64,000 nt of DNA from Leucoraja ocellata (lineage: Eukaryota), in NCBI GenBank assembly GCA_036785375.1, contig JAWMAR010000009.1, forward strand, positions 12,400,001 through 12,464,000, written 5' to 3'. Under the pieces are notes generated by a model. That model saw only the letters and a list, made by a program, of their open reading frames with translations, had not been told where the DNA came from and made no database searches. Of the stretch, positions 38,220 through 52,432 are shown piece after piece; position 1 is the stretch's first letter; every line of letters begins with the position of its first letter. Made by a program: the position numbers and the translations under genes.

Positions 38220-40075
38220 CTTCATTCAGAGGGTGGTGAACCTGCATAATTCACTTCCACAATGGGTTAGAGTCATACAACATGGAAACAGGCCCTTTCT
38301 GCCCAACCTACAAAGGCTGACCAAGATGCCCCATCTACACTTGTTCCACCTGGCCGCATTTGGCCCTTATCCCTCTAAACATTTTCTATCCATGTACCTG
38401 TCCGAATGTCTTCTAAATATTGTTATTGTACCCGACTCAGCCATCCACTCTTGCAGCTTGTTCCATATAACCTCCCCCCAGCCCCTCCTCCCGTGTGGAA
38501 AAGTTGTTCTTAGGGTTCCTAAAAAATCTTTACCCTCTCATCTTAAACCTATGTCCTCTGGTGCTTGAAGAGACTATGTGCATTTACCCTATCTATTCCC
38601 CCCCCCCCCATGATCTTATACACCTCTACTAGAAAATCAGCATACTGCACTCTTGGCCTTCCCTACCTCTCCCTATAAAAAACCTTGTAACTCTTCTCAG
38701 CACTCTTTCTAGCTTAACAACATGCTTTCCATAGCAGGGTCGCCAAAACTGAACACAACACTCCAAATGTGACCACACCAATGTTGTATAAATGTAATAT
38801 AACATCCTCAAACGACCCACCCACCTGCCCGATCTGTGGAAGAGCCTGCGGTTTGCACAGTGGCCTCATTAGCAACCTCAGAATTAACAATACCGAAATG
38901 GTAGCCTGAGGGACCAAGCAAGAAAGAAGAAATAAAATTCTGAATGTAAAAGTAATCAAGGTTTTGCGTACCAGATAGGTAATCAGCATCTTGGTGAATC
39001 TCCTCTGCATCCTCTCCAAATAGGCCCCAACCACGGGGTGAACAAGAGGATGAGGACTGGACTCTGTTGCCTTCCCTCACAGTGGGAACCATTGTGGGGG
39101 GTGTTTTTACGTTTTAGGTTAAATTCCTCTTTAATGTGGTGTCTTACTTTTTTGGTGTGCTGCCAATGGCAACTCAAATTTCACTACACCAGAAATGGTG
39201 TATGTGACAATAAATGTCCTTTGTCCAGAGAAAGCGCATTCTTTCAACACTGTACACCAAAATTGCACACAAAATTCCAGATGTGGCCTCACCAATGATT
39301 TATAAATCCATACCATAACTTCAAGTCATAGCTATATGGCATGGAGACAGATTCTTATTCATGCCGACCAACGTGATATTCTGGGTTAGTCACATATGCC
39401 TACATTTGGCTCATATCCCTCTAAACCCTGACCATGCATATTTCTGTTCAAATGTCTTTTGAAAGTATAATTGTATCTGCTTTTATAGCTTCCTCTGGAG
39501 GCTTGATCCAGATACGGACTAGCATGCGAGTGAAAATGTTACCCATCAGTTCATTCTTAGATATCTCCCCTCATACATTAAATCTATGCCTTCCAGGTTT
39601 CTAGGTTTAGAAATCTACTCTGGGAAAAAGACTGTGTTCACTTAATCATGGTTTTCAAGAAGGTCACCCCCTCAGCTTCATGCACTCCAAAGAAAAAAGT
39701 TCCAGCTTATTCAACCTCTTCCAATAACTCAAGTCCAGATAACATCCTGGTGAATCCATTTTGCACTCTTTCCAACTTAATGACATCCTTCCTATAGCTG
39801 GGTTTCCAGAACTGCACACAGTACTCCAAGTGTGGTCTTACCAATGAGGTGTAGAGCTGCATCACATTGTCACAACTTTTGTACTCGATACTCTTCCCAT
39901 TGCTAAACACATTATTCACCATCCTATCCACCTGAATCACCACTTTCAGGGAACCATGTTCCTGGGTCCCAGATCTCGCTGTTCCACAACACTCCCCAGT
40001 GCGTTGTCATTTACTATGCTGGTACGATGTACCAAAGTGCAACACATCACACCTATCAGAGTTAAATTCCATTCT
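38220..40075 (-). mobile_element. Cluster of CR1 fragments with a nested RTE zinc-finger relic (about 38810-38890, +) and a short retroposon (about 39030-39226, +)
   Basis: ORFs with HLECCVQFW, HLEFCVQFW and HLEYCVQFW motifs; TCPICGRACGLHSGLISNLRI; stem-loop plus gtgacAATAAA and TGTCCTT tail. Confidence 0.75.
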
Positions 40076-41774
40076 CCCTCCCCAAAATCACGAGCTTTGT
40101 CTTTCTTCTTTGTGAATACAGCAGAGAAACATTCATTTCTGTATTTACAAATCTGCGTGCTGAGATTTGTGTCACTGAAGATATATTTAGAATAGTGCAC
40201 ATGAGTTGAAAACTATTTGGAAATTGGAGCTACAAATCAAGGCAAAACCATTCAACCCGACCTGCTAAATGACCCTCTGTTTTTGTGGTTTAGATATTGG
40301 GTACTATAGACACAATAGCAATGCAAGTATTTGTTTTGTTTTTTACACTTTTCTACACTTGGTACATTCGTGGAGAAATGTACATCATTCAGCTACACAA
40401 AAACAAACCAGTATAAAATGCACCACTGCTGCTTAAAAATAAATTAAGATCCATTTCTGCAGAACAAACTCCATGGTGGGTCTATAGCCCACAGTGTAAG
40501 AGGAGGAGATTCATTCACTCTCTGTAGAAGGGGATCATACAAAAGGTTGAAATGGAGTCTATAGAAACCTCGAGGGTCTTTATGGCTTTCCCCAGAGGTG
40601 GCTTTTTTTAATTTCAGGGGCAATACCTACTGCTGATTTCGGAAGATACTTCGTTATAGAAAAACATGTTGCTGTGCTGTAAGCTGCAAATGAATCTCAG
40701 CGCGTAAAAATAAAAGACTAATAACATTTTCTAGTTATTTCTCCTCGTCGCGCTGTGCTCTGTGTGACCGTGCATGCAGATTAGCAGCCCACACAGGCAC
40801 TGAGAACGGGCACTGCTCATTTCAACCAAGGTCCTTTTCTCTCTCCTTCGACTCCCCGTTGTGACCGCCTTTTCAATCTCACTCCCAGCCCTTCCACATC
40901 GTACAAAATAGTCACAAACACAGAGCACAGCAATTGTCTCCGCATATACACCCAACTGAGTGTGCTGTTTTTAAAAAATGAATCTATCCCATTAAATCAC
41001 AATGATCCTGATCGACACAATTGCCGTTATTTTACATATATAAGACATCTTGTGCTAAACATTTCCATCCTGGACTGCTGGGACGGATTATGCACTGCTG
41101 TCTATATACAATTAACCTCTGAGTGCAACATTGAAGCAACCAAGACCAAAATACAGATTATAACAAGACTTTAGTTTATTCCAAGAATGCAGTGAATAAA
41201 GATGTTCTATGTCTCTAAATTTCCCTAATTCTGCCTTTATGATACAGGGTACAGAGGGGAATAACTGACGGAGGCTGAATGAATGGCAATCGTCCGAAAC
41301 AACTATTCTGGAAAGCAACGTTTGTGAAAATAAGCCACGTTTTAACTATTCCAAACAGTCTTGCATTCAACTTCAAGTGATGCAAACTGCCCAAGTATCA
41401 GAAAGAGTGAAATATCAGAAATTAAACTTAAGCAGTGGAGATGTGAAGGGAGCTCCAGAGATAGCTGCTGTTCACATGTTTAAGGGAAATACAAAACTAT
41501 AAAAGACTAGCATCCAAGCAAGATCAGTACACCACAAAGAGACGACTCCTGTTCAATAATAAATATTCTCTGATCATTGTACGTCACCGTTACAGCCACT
41601 CTTAATTGTAGCCAAAACACAGATGGCTTGCTCGCTAATTTAAAAGCGAAGCTAGAATAAATCATCAACAAACAGATAGAAGGATGTATTGCTGAGAAAA
41701 CAGAGCAAGTAAAACTAGTTTATTTCATGTAAATAACCACGTTGTATTGGGATCCATTTACTCAGTGTAATGGT

Positions 41775-41911
41775 GGGGTGGGAGATTGCAACCTTTACGT
41801 GGTCCACCCTGTTTCGACTAATGCAATCAACCCGACGTGCACAAACAAGATCAAATAGAACAAGTTGACCTACAACTTTAGGCTGTGTATGCCATACGCA
41901 AGAAGAGAAGA
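41775..41911 (+). mobile_element. 137-bp retroposed insertion with AAG-rich tail and 11-bp TSD
   Basis: AGTGTAATGGT at 41764-41774 and 41912-41922; tail agaagagaaga. Confidence 0.8.
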
Positions 41912-41963
41912 AGTGTAATGGTCAGCAGTACGCAATATTTCCTGATCAGAGAATAAGCTTATT

Positions 41964-42097
41964 CAGTCTGGAGATGGATCTCGACCCGAAACATCACCCA
42001 TTCCTTCTTTCCAGAGATGCTGCCGGTCCTGCTGAGTTACTCCAGCATTGTGTGTGTATCATCAATTTAAACTAGCATCTGCAGTTCCTTCCTACAC
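41964..42097 (+). mobile_element. 134-bp Penelope-derived mini-insertion with a 12-bp TSD (1 mismatch)
   Basis: aataagcttatt at 41952-41963 and aataaacttatt at 42098-42109. Confidence 0.8.
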
Positions 42098-42160
42098 AAT
42101 AAACTTATTTCCCTGATTTAAAGCCATTTCTTTATTTCCACAGATTAGTGGCATCTTGAC

Positions 42161-42442
42161 TTTAGAGATACAGCACGGAAACAGGCCCTTCGGCCCACCG
42201 AATCCGTTCCGAACAGCCCGTACGCTAACACTATCCTACACACCAATGACAATTTACAATTTTTACCAAAGCCATTAACCTACAAACCTGCACGTTTTTG
42301 GAGTGTGGGAGGAAACTGGAGCACCCGGAGAAAGCCCACACATTCACAGCGAGAATGTAGAAACTCCATACAGACGGCACCCATAGTCAGGATTGAACCC
42401 TGGTCTCTGGCGCTATAAGGAAACAACTCTACCGCTGTGCCA
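42161..42442 (-). mobile_element. HE1-type tRNA SINE, full length
   Basis: Reverse complement of the 2468-2750 family. Confidence 0.88.
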
Positions 42443-44157
42443 TGACTCCGATGGGGAAGGCAAGGCGTTGGAGTATGGTCAAAGTACACTATAAAATGGA
42501 GCCAATATAAACAACTGGAACATGTAAAATTGTGGCATACCCAGGAGACATGGATTTCAATGTTCACAAATATCAGAGCATCTAATTTGCACCAAAAAAG
42601 GATAGGGCTTGATTTGACAAAAACATTCAAGGCATCTAATGGGAGTGGTCTAAATATTAGAACTAGACCATCTAGGAGTGAAGCAATTCCACACACAAAG
42701 CGAAAAAAAAATTGAACTTTTTCCACAGTCAATTGCTGGTAATAAAATTGTTAATTTAAATTGGAAGCAGACATAAAGTCATAGCCAAGATAGGATCAAG
42801 CATCAATTCCACTGATATTATAGGGCTACCAGCATCTGCATGTATTCAGTATTGGCATATTACTTGCTTTTTAAAATCAAATATCAATCAGAATGATAAT
42901 TGCAACTATGCCGTTGAGCAGCTCTCCTCTTACTTTTCCATGACCTTTATATCAACCATAATGCAAGAGGGCCACTGTTGAAAGTGTCACTGTTGAGGCG
43001 CCATCAAAGTTTATACAAAAAAAATTGCTGTTTAAAATGTTTTAAATAATGCTGATACATATTCTAAACCTCTATTTGTTTTCTTTCGATAGCAAAACCA
43101 CAATGACATGCTAATTAACATAGTCTGGCTAGTCGTTTCCCCAGGATGGGAATTTATATGCAGACCTAAAATTACCAAGACCCAGGCAAAACAGAGACAT
43201 CAGTAATCCCACTTTGTGCCTTATTCTTAACAAGCATCCTAAAATCCAGCGGAAACATGGCCTTCCTCTTTAATCTGTTATCAGATCATATACATAACAA
43301 CTTTTCCAATTGTGCCTTACCATTGTAAATAAAGTGCTTCATTTGTTACTGCACTTCTAAAATTGCAGTGCACAGAGTCTGCACTAACTGACCATCAATC
43401 ACTTGGCAACAACTAATTTTATTTTGCCCAAATTCTCATCAACAACCTCCAGATTCCACCACTTGCATATATTCGCTAACAATATTTTAGAGGCTAATAA
43501 TTTACAGTGGAATATCCTCACCAAGTGAGGTGAAGAAATTATCTACACAGTTCTTGATGGTATTTGGCTTGTGAGTGGATATTTCAGCAAGTGAACGGGG
43601 AAACATTCAGTCCCAACCTTTCCTTAAAAAAATATGATCAGAAGCAGTGGAGTTGGGCTTGAACTGGAGATCAACCATGTTAACAGTAGTTTGGTTTGCT
43701 CACAAATGGAAGCACTTTTCACATCAACTCTAAGATAAAGTGCCTTAGTTCTAAAAGGCCTCTATGATGTCAATCCTAATTAAGTCACTTTTTGTGCACT
43801 CCCTCTTCACAATTTTTGCACTTCCAAAACAAAATATTATTAAAGTACCCCAAGTGTGGTCTAGCCAGTATATAATCTACGCATCTTGCAGTGTTAATCG
43901 ATAGTGTTAATATTGTTCATGACATCCAAATTCCTAATTTTTTTCTTAAGATGGCAAATGATCTTTTACAGAAACCAATATACATGATGTTATCCTAAAT
44001 AACACTGCACTTCTTCAGTGCTGGTATAACTAATATATTTCCCCCCCGTTTTCCCACAGTTTACAAACACAATGTTATATTTAATCTGGTTGTAAATAAC
44101 TCGTTCCACAAATAACTTTTTTTGGCTTTTATTAGTATAACAAAATCTATTTAATTT

Positions 44158-44810
44158 TAGAACATAGAAATGTACAGCACAGGAACAGGCCCTTTGGCCC
44201 ACAATGACTGTGATGATGTTTTATCCAGAGTAGGGGAATCAAATGGTGCCATGATAACCTAATCTCATCTCTCACATGATTCCTATTGAATCTTTCCCCT
44301 CTCACTTTAACCCCGTGTCCTCTGGTTCTTGATTCCCCATACTCTGGATAAAAGACCCTGTGCGTCTACCCTATCTATTCCCTTCGTGATCTTATACATC
44401 TCAATAAGGTCACCCCTCATCCTCCTGCGCTCCAAGGAATAGAGTCATAGCTTGCCTGACCTCTCCCTATAGCTCAGGTCCCCAAGTCCTAGTCACAGCC
44501 TCATAATATTCTCTGCACTCTTTCAAGCTTAACACCATTTTTCCTATGGAAGGGTGATCAAAAGCGAAGACAATACTTCAAATGTGGCCTCACCAACATC
44601 TTGTACACCAGTAAGTTGACATCACAACCTCTGTATTCAATACTTTAACTGATGAACACCAATGTGCCGAAAACATTCTGAATCACCCTATCTACCTGTG
44701 ACAACACTTTCAAGCAACTATGTTCCTGTACTCCGAGATCCCTCTGCTTTACAAAACTCCCCAGAGCTCTGCCTTTCACTGTGAAGGTCCTGCCCTGGTT
44801 TGACTTTCCT
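44158..44810 (-). mobile_element. CR1 LINE 3' fragment
   Basis: CR1 3' UTR and ORF2 C-terminal motifs on the minus strand. Confidence 0.75.
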
Positions 44811-45894
44811 CATCCACTTTTGATTAAAAAAAATTAATTGGAACTTCAAATAGTTAGCAGTAAGCACAAACAAACAAAAAATTAACAGCTAAAATCCTAG
44901 TGATAGTTTAAAGAGCCACAGGTTTAAAGAGTTCAGTCACCCAGCGAAAGGATCATTGGTTTCAATAATGCTCTTTACGAGCTACTCCATTATTTTCTTT
45001 CCTGCTGTTGCTTCTTATTTAGTTTTGCATCGATAAAACCTGTGTGTATAATCCCATCCACTGACCTATAATTAACTGCACTTTGCCAGACGCCTGATTT
45101 TACTTGTAAGATTAAACCTTTCATTAAATCCTAAAAACAGACTTTCAAGTTTCAGTACTTCACAAGAGGTAAACCTTTTATTTATTTAAAAAGCAACTTG
45201 AACAGTGCAATTTGTTTTGATATAGTTACTTTTAGAGTTGCTAAAAATAATTTATTTAAAAAACTACTGAAAACCTAACTTAAGTTCAAAGTCTCCCTAA
45301 ATTGCTTAACAGTAAGTGAGGTCAAGAGAGGGCTGGAATGACCTTGTAACTGTACCAGCAGTACTTCTGTGTCATGTCAGTAAATTGTTTGGAGGCTAGC
45401 AGAACATCCCAGGGTTCACATCTGTTCTGGGTGGAGTGTAGAGATCCATAACTATAAAACCCTCACTGTGTTTTCAATCGCTTAAACTAAATGCACCTGT
45501 ACATATGCCAAAGGAGATCAGAGCGACTTCTGACCACACCAACCCTTCTGTGGAAGAACCATTAGAGTGTCAGCTGATGCCCATACAACAGCATTTAAAA
45601 CAAGAGAAAAGAAACTGCAGATGTTGGAAACTAATTCAAAAACAGAACGCCGGAACAACTCAGCGGGGCGAGCAGCGTCTGTGGAGGCAAAAGATATGCT
45701 GATGTGTCCAGCCTTCAGCATTTAAATACTAAGCTAGCTTTGGAAACAAGAGAGGGGTAGAAAAGGACAAGAGGGCAAAGAGCTGTAAGAATGCTGCTGT
45801 GGACAGAATGACACACAGGGAAAGAAAGACTCTGAAATTTATTGCCAAATGCAACTCAAATACTGACTTCTTTGATTGCCTTTTCATTAAAAAA

Positions 45895-46024
45895 NNNNNN
45901 NNNNNNNNNNNNNNNNNNNNNNNNNNNNNNNNNNNNNNNNNNNNNNNNNNNNNNNNNNNNNNNNNNNNNNNNNNNNNNNNNNNNNNNNNNNNNNNNNNNN
46001 NNNNNNNNNNNNNNNNNNNNNNNN
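45895..46024. other. Assembly gap (130 N)
   Basis: Run of n. Confidence 1.
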
Positions 46025-48640
46025 TTATAATTAATTTACAGTTCAGATAAAAAATGGAATATGTTTCCATTAGATTGGACATCCACACTTCCCACTTTTG
46101 CAATTCAATCTCCTCTGTTCCCTGAGGTCTTGTGCTGAAGCAGATTGTAAACATGGCATTTCCATTTGACATTAAGCTGAGCGTTTCCTTCCAGCTCCCG
46201 GGCTGCCCATCACTGCCCCTTTTAGCTGAAACCCTCACCATGCCTTTACAACCTCCTTTGTGGACTATTTCAATGGTCTCCCAGCTGACTTCCATGTTCT
46301 AAATCTGTTATTTCCAAAATCTATCCTGAGCAATAAACCTAGATCATCCACTTACTAATGAACATGGACTTTCTGGCCCAATAAAACATAACATTTTAAA
46401 TTCTTATTCCAGTATTTATACACTTTTCATCCTTCATTCCTTGATGGTATTTATGCTTTAACGTGTCTGGAATCAAAGTACTGGAATTCCATCCAAGATT
46501 TTTAAAGTTTTCATTTTCCTCTTTATGACATAAGAGATGGCCAATTGGATCACCAAATCCACGCTGGCTCTTTGCACAATCCCATCAATCTCCCTCTAAC
46601 ACTTTAGCAATGTTCATTAACTCCCCTCATTCCAGCCCCTTTCCCTTATTGCCCATCTACACCAGGGGCGATTCACTGTATAGTGGCCAATTAATCCACC
46701 AACCTCTCCAACTCGCACTGTTTAATTGAGGCTTTCCTTAAAACCCAACCTTATGGCCAAATTTCTCCAGGCTCTCGAACATATCCCTCCTTCAGCTCAC
46801 AATCCATTTTTGTTGTTTGCCTGACCCTCTCTGTGCATTGGTATGGTTTGGCAAGTTAAAATATACTACAAAACAATAAGTGGTTATGATGATGCCGCAA
46901 CACAACGTAACAATGAGATGAACACAAGATTTTAACCTCCGGCTACTGTGCGACAGGCATATAGACATATAGAGCTCGTCCAGTGATAAGTAATCTAACT
47001 TGGATGTATTACCCTGTGACGATTTACGCTAGGGACCAACTTGCTGCCTGAAGCAGCAAACACTTTTGAAGGTAAGAGAGTAGTCATTAAACCCCCATCG
47101 ACTTGTTCACTCTGAATGGCCAAATGAGTAATGCTTGATTCATCAGCTGAAGCTAGCTTTGGTAAAGGTTAGTTTCATCCCAGCTTGCCTCAGGTTTCAA
47201 TGTAAACATGATTTTCAGAAGCAGCTGTAGTAATTACAGAAGTTGAAATGTAGAAAGTCAAGACAGGAACCTCCAACCACAGGATCTTGAGAACAGACTT
47301 CAAAGGGAGGCAACGAGAGTAAAATATAATCTCCAAATACTACCTCTCTGTCTGGCATAGGGCCCATGAAGTGATGTTCTCATGAGATGCTCCTTGGAAT
47401 CAGATTGGTCTTGACAGAACGATTCAGAAGAGGCCCACTTTAATCTATGGAGATACCCTTTCTCTGATTCCTCAATGCCTGGCTATTCATCAGACACAGA
47501 CAACAAATTACATGTGTGAAATGATAGTAGTTCCTCACACAGAAAGCCCAATAATTCCTGATCAATTTCCAGAATGACAAGAGTTTAAGATTAATGGAGT
47601 TTGAGCAATTTCCTTCTTTAAAAAAATTAGACTTGTATCAAGCCTTAAAGATACCATTTGAAGAATTCAACTTTCAAAACACGAGTGCCTGCAGGGAAGT
47701 AATTGTTTTGCATGAGGTAATGTGCTACACTTGGGTTTTCTTTGACTGAAAAACATATTGTATAAGATTCAAGAATCATCTACCAAGTCACACAAAAAAG
47801 TTCTATTAATTACAGAAGCCTAAATAGTAGTTGAGATTGAGATTAAAAGAGTGTGCTGGTGATGTTTCCATTTGCAAATGCACATTTGAAACTGAGAAAT
47901 CCACTGAGAAATGGTCCAAAATATTTCCAGGTTGCATCCCAAATTTAACAATATCGTTCACAACACTATAGCATGGAATCTAGTGTACATATCATACCTG
48001 TAGTAGGTGGCTTTAAGGTTCTAGATTTAAGCGTTTTAATTTAAATATCCCGCATGTTGTTGTAATTCAAACTCATAGCTCTGTGTTTGTGTCCAGTAAC
48101 ATAACTCCTGCCACTAATCGACCCGTTTGAAACTTGCATAATTATCTGTAGTTTGAGGATATCAGCAAAGTCGGCAAGTATCCTAGGCTTCATTTGTCAA
48201 GGTAGTGAGAGCAGAGGAGTTGTCATCTTCAAGGAATTAGAAAATTGTTAGCTATCATCTTCAAGGACTTCAAAAATTGGAGGCAACAAATCACATCAAA
48301 GGACTGCCATTAGTGTGTACAAAGAAAAGGCAAGACAATCATAAATTAATATGAATTTCACATGGATTTACATTAAAATCCCATGACCATTTTGGAGAAC
48401 AGCAGTTGCTGAAATAGCAGTTTGAGACTAGGCGATTTACTCCAACTCTAAAATTATTCTGTACACAAGAAATTTGTTCAAGGTCACATACTATTTAAGG
48501 TTCTCACAACATTCACATATCCGTTTCACCCAACGAATAAACTAATTACATTGTATAAGGGTGATAGATAATATTCAGAGATGCTCAAATTCCCTTCAAT
48601 ATCTAAAATAATGGATTCATAAAATGATACCCATTATTCA

Positions 48641-48766
<126 letters not shown>

Positions 48767-48964
48767 TTATTCTACTGTATCATTGTATGATCAGTATCTA
48801 ACTCATTGCTGTGTTTTGATGCAACAAAAATACTGAATTCCTTGTACGAGGATAATAATATTAAAAAGACAAGTGTGTAGCTAAACCAGATTGGGTATTA
48901 TGTTTACTCAAGAGAATAACTGGAGCTGTAGTGGTGTGTTCATTTTTGAGTGCCACACTTTACA

Positions 48965-49320
48965 GTCAGGAGTAGATTTTATTGTCATATGTACCAAAAG
49001 GGAACATTGACATTCTTACCTGCCGCAACGCAACAGGTTTGTAATAGATAATATAATAAAGATTTTTAAAATGTAATAAATAAAAAGCACAATATTCTGC
49101 AAAAAACAAACTTCAAGTCTGAAGTTTAGTTCACCGTTTGGAGTTTAGTTGAAGTTCGTAGTGCTCAATAGTCTGACGGTCATTGGGAAGAAGCAGTTCC
49201 TGAACCTGGATGTTAACAGTTTTTAGCCTCCTATACATTCTCTCTGATGGCAGAAGTGAAATGAAAGCATGGACATGGTGGTGGAGTTGCGTGATTCTGG
49301 TTGTCTTTTTGACACAGATC
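48965..49320 (-). mobile_element. Rex/Babar LINE 3' fragment
   Basis: HAFISLLPSERMYRRLKTVN motif and tgacAATAAA on the minus strand. Confidence 0.65.
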
Positions 49321-49694
49321 CTATAGTGTGTGTCAGAGGGTAAGAGACGGAGATTTACCAATATTGTACCAGGAATGAGGGACTTCAATTGGAGGTGAAG
49401 CTGGGCTTGATCCTCTGACAAAAGAATAATGTTAAGATTTCAGAGAAATGTTCAAAATCATGAACCATAAATTATTTCCAGTTGGAGAGTGTCAGCTACC
49501 AAGGAACAGAACTTTAAGCCGAATGGTAAAAACAAAACAGAGGCAGTACAAGGAAAAAATTTCCTAAAAATATTAATTGTGTTCGAATTCATTAAGCAAT
49601 GGTGCTAGAAGTAGATTTAATATTAATATGCTGAAAAGAAGTGGATAAATGTTATCAGGCTACTTAATGGTCCTTCCATAAGCTAGAGTACAGT

Positions 49695-49905
49695 TCCATT
49701 CACCTCTACCCCATTGAGGACATTGGACTTTGTCTATGGAACTCATGTGCTACGATGCTGAGAACGCATTCTGCACATTCCCCATTGCTTTATTGTGCTT
49801 GAGTTTCAATTGATTGCACGATGCAAGGTATATCTGATTTGAATAAAATGCAAAACAAAGCTTTTCAGTGTACATCAGTACACGAGGCAAAAATAAACCT
49901 AAACT
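49695..49905 (+). mobile_element. Rex/L2-type LINE 3' UTR
   Basis: Shared terminal caaagcttttcagtgtac...gtacac...aataaac. Confidence 0.6.
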
Positions 49906-52104
49906 TTGAAGGAAACATATTTACAGGGAAACAGAGAAGGAGCAAGATGGTGGAATTGGAAAGTTTTGACCAGAGAGCCTGCATAGTGATGTCAGATCAA
50001 ATGCCTACCCCTTGTGCTGTATCATTCTATAATTCTATGTTGCACAAAATTCTATGTTACCCAGGCAGAACATTTGCTAATTTACATGGACTGCGGATCT
50101 CATAACCTAAATCGGATCCGAGATTAGGCTTGCATTGTAAATGCCCTTTGCAGTTTGTTGACATAGCCAAATCTCGGATCATAGAAAAGCTGTTATAGCT
50201 ATCTCAAAAACTACACTCTGACCATTGTTGGTAGAATAAGGAAGGAAGGAAGGGATCTGCAGGGTTGAAGATTTTTTTTTTAACCAATCACTGTTCATTT
50301 CCAAGCAGCTAGTTATTGATTGGTTAAAGAGATTGGTTAAAAAAAATCTTCAACCCTGCAATGGTCAGAATGTAGTAAGTATCCTGGAACCAGAACATGG
50401 ACTTGTTTCCTATTCCATCACTACACTGCCCAGAGGATCTGAAAGTTGTCATGCAATCCAGAATTATTTCAGTAGTGAATTGGATACTGATACTGGCATG
50501 TTGGCTGACCAGAAGGAGCACCAAATCTGAAGAGAATACATAATCACTGAATATAATGCCAGAGATCACTGCGATTGATTGCCTGAAATGTCTTTCAGCT
50601 TATTTTGCCCATGACATCTCCTTGTAAACTAGTCCCAAACCGATGACTAGAGAAAATACAAAGATCTTGAAGATCTCAGCAATCTCCTCTCTTGCTTCTC
50701 TCAATAATTTGGGATACATTTCCTGGTAATCAACCTTAATGCTTTTCAAGAGACCCATCACCACGACCCTTCCAGATCTCAAAAAGCCCAAGCATGTAAG
50801 TATACCCCACATTTATCTCACTATTCTTCATGTCGCTCCGAAAGATGCCGCCTCCTATTTAGCATGGTTTATATTGGTGACTGCGCAATTCACATGGCAA
50901 CGAAACACGTTGATTTATTGAGCCATTTAACCTGACTTGACTGATACACAGGAAGTCAAAGTTGTTCTGGGGTTTTATGGTTGAATAAAGGTACAAAATA
51001 ATAATTTGATAAAAATCAGTGCTGGAAATGTTATATCATTAGAATTCTGTGCTTTATATTATGCTCAACTCACGGCATACAGATAAGTAGTTAAAGCAAG
51101 ATTCTGCACTCCGACAAGTAGTTCTGTGACACTGTGTTCAAATTAGTCTAATTGCTCTGTCGTTGCCAATGAAGGCTTTGATTTCAATAATTCACCATAT
51201 GGGATGGGACTCCTACTTCTCTCATACAAGCAATTTACTCAATCTCATTAAGCACCAAGTCCAGCTAGTAATTAGGAGAGTAACACACCAAAGCTTCCTT
51301 GAAGTGATTATCAAGGTCCCATTCACCACATTATCCTACCTAGTCCAGACAACTTAAATCCCAGGTTGTATCGCTGGTCAATTTGAAATAAGCTTTTGCA
51401 GCAAATTTACCTTTGGTCAATGGTTGAGGGAATGGGAAAAACAAAGGAAAATCAATGGGAGTTATTATTCCTCATCCATCTCACATTAAACTAACTGTTT
51501 CCTTTACTACACTTTAGGACAGAGACAAACTCCTAGTTGCATTCATAATAATATAAACAAATCAATTAATTAAAGGAGAGGATCTGATCCTAGCCATGAC
51601 CGAGCTCAATCAGAATGCAGTGGAGGCCCCTTGGCAAAAGTAGCATGCAATATGTCACAGGGGAGGCAAAAGGAGAGAAGAAAGAAAATTACAGCTACCG
51701 TTATCTGATGATCCCTGATGCAGTGTTCGCTCTCATACTGATATGTTTGAACTGGAGACAGACTGGATTGCTAATATGACCGTGTGCCCTAATTCTGCCC
51801 CAAAACCATTACTGCAGAGGGACTATTCAGCCCATCTAGTTTGTGTCAGCTTTGTGGATAGCTTTATTCGTTGCTGTTTCCTCAATGCTCATTCTATTTT
51901 GAAAATTCTAGTAATTATTCTGCCACCTCAAAGGGTGAATAGAAAATAAATAGAAGTGGAGTTCGCAAAATAACTGAGGAAGGCAATCTGACATTTGCAA
52001 ACCTAATAAAGAAAAATGGTTCCTCAGTTAGTCACAGAGAAAAATCCATGCTCTGTGTACAGACAGCTAAGTGATTGGATTGTCATGATGTTACTCCCAC
52101 TTAC

Positions 52105-52171
52105 CTAGCAGGCGCTCAATGTCATCAACCACAACACAGCTCAGTTGCGACTTGTATGCATCCTCAAAAAT
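52105..52171 (-). CDS. NSF: NSF coding exon (approx. exon 16), 67 bp: IFEDAYKSQLSCVVVDDIERLL(D), D2 Walker B
   Basis: Manual translation near-identical to NSF; cAG acceptor, GTAAGT donor. Confidence 0.96.
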
Positions 52172-52432
52172 CTGTCAACAGAAATTAATAAATTATTAAC
52201 CAGTTCATCAAGTTGGCTTGCAGTAGCACAACTGTTTTTGTAAATGCAGAGCATGCACACACACTGCAGGCCAATACTTTGGTTTCACATTCCTCAAAGA
52301 TTCTCGTTGTATGTGAATGACCCAGGCAAATGAGCTGCATTAAACAGTCTTTGGTAAACATTCCTAAATCAGTGAAGGAACCTACTGAAATGTAACAGTT
52401 CCTCAACCATCAAGTCCTGCTATGATACAAGT

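Noticed and set aside
45729-46295. Long ORFs
   Set aside because: Artefacts spanning the N gap.
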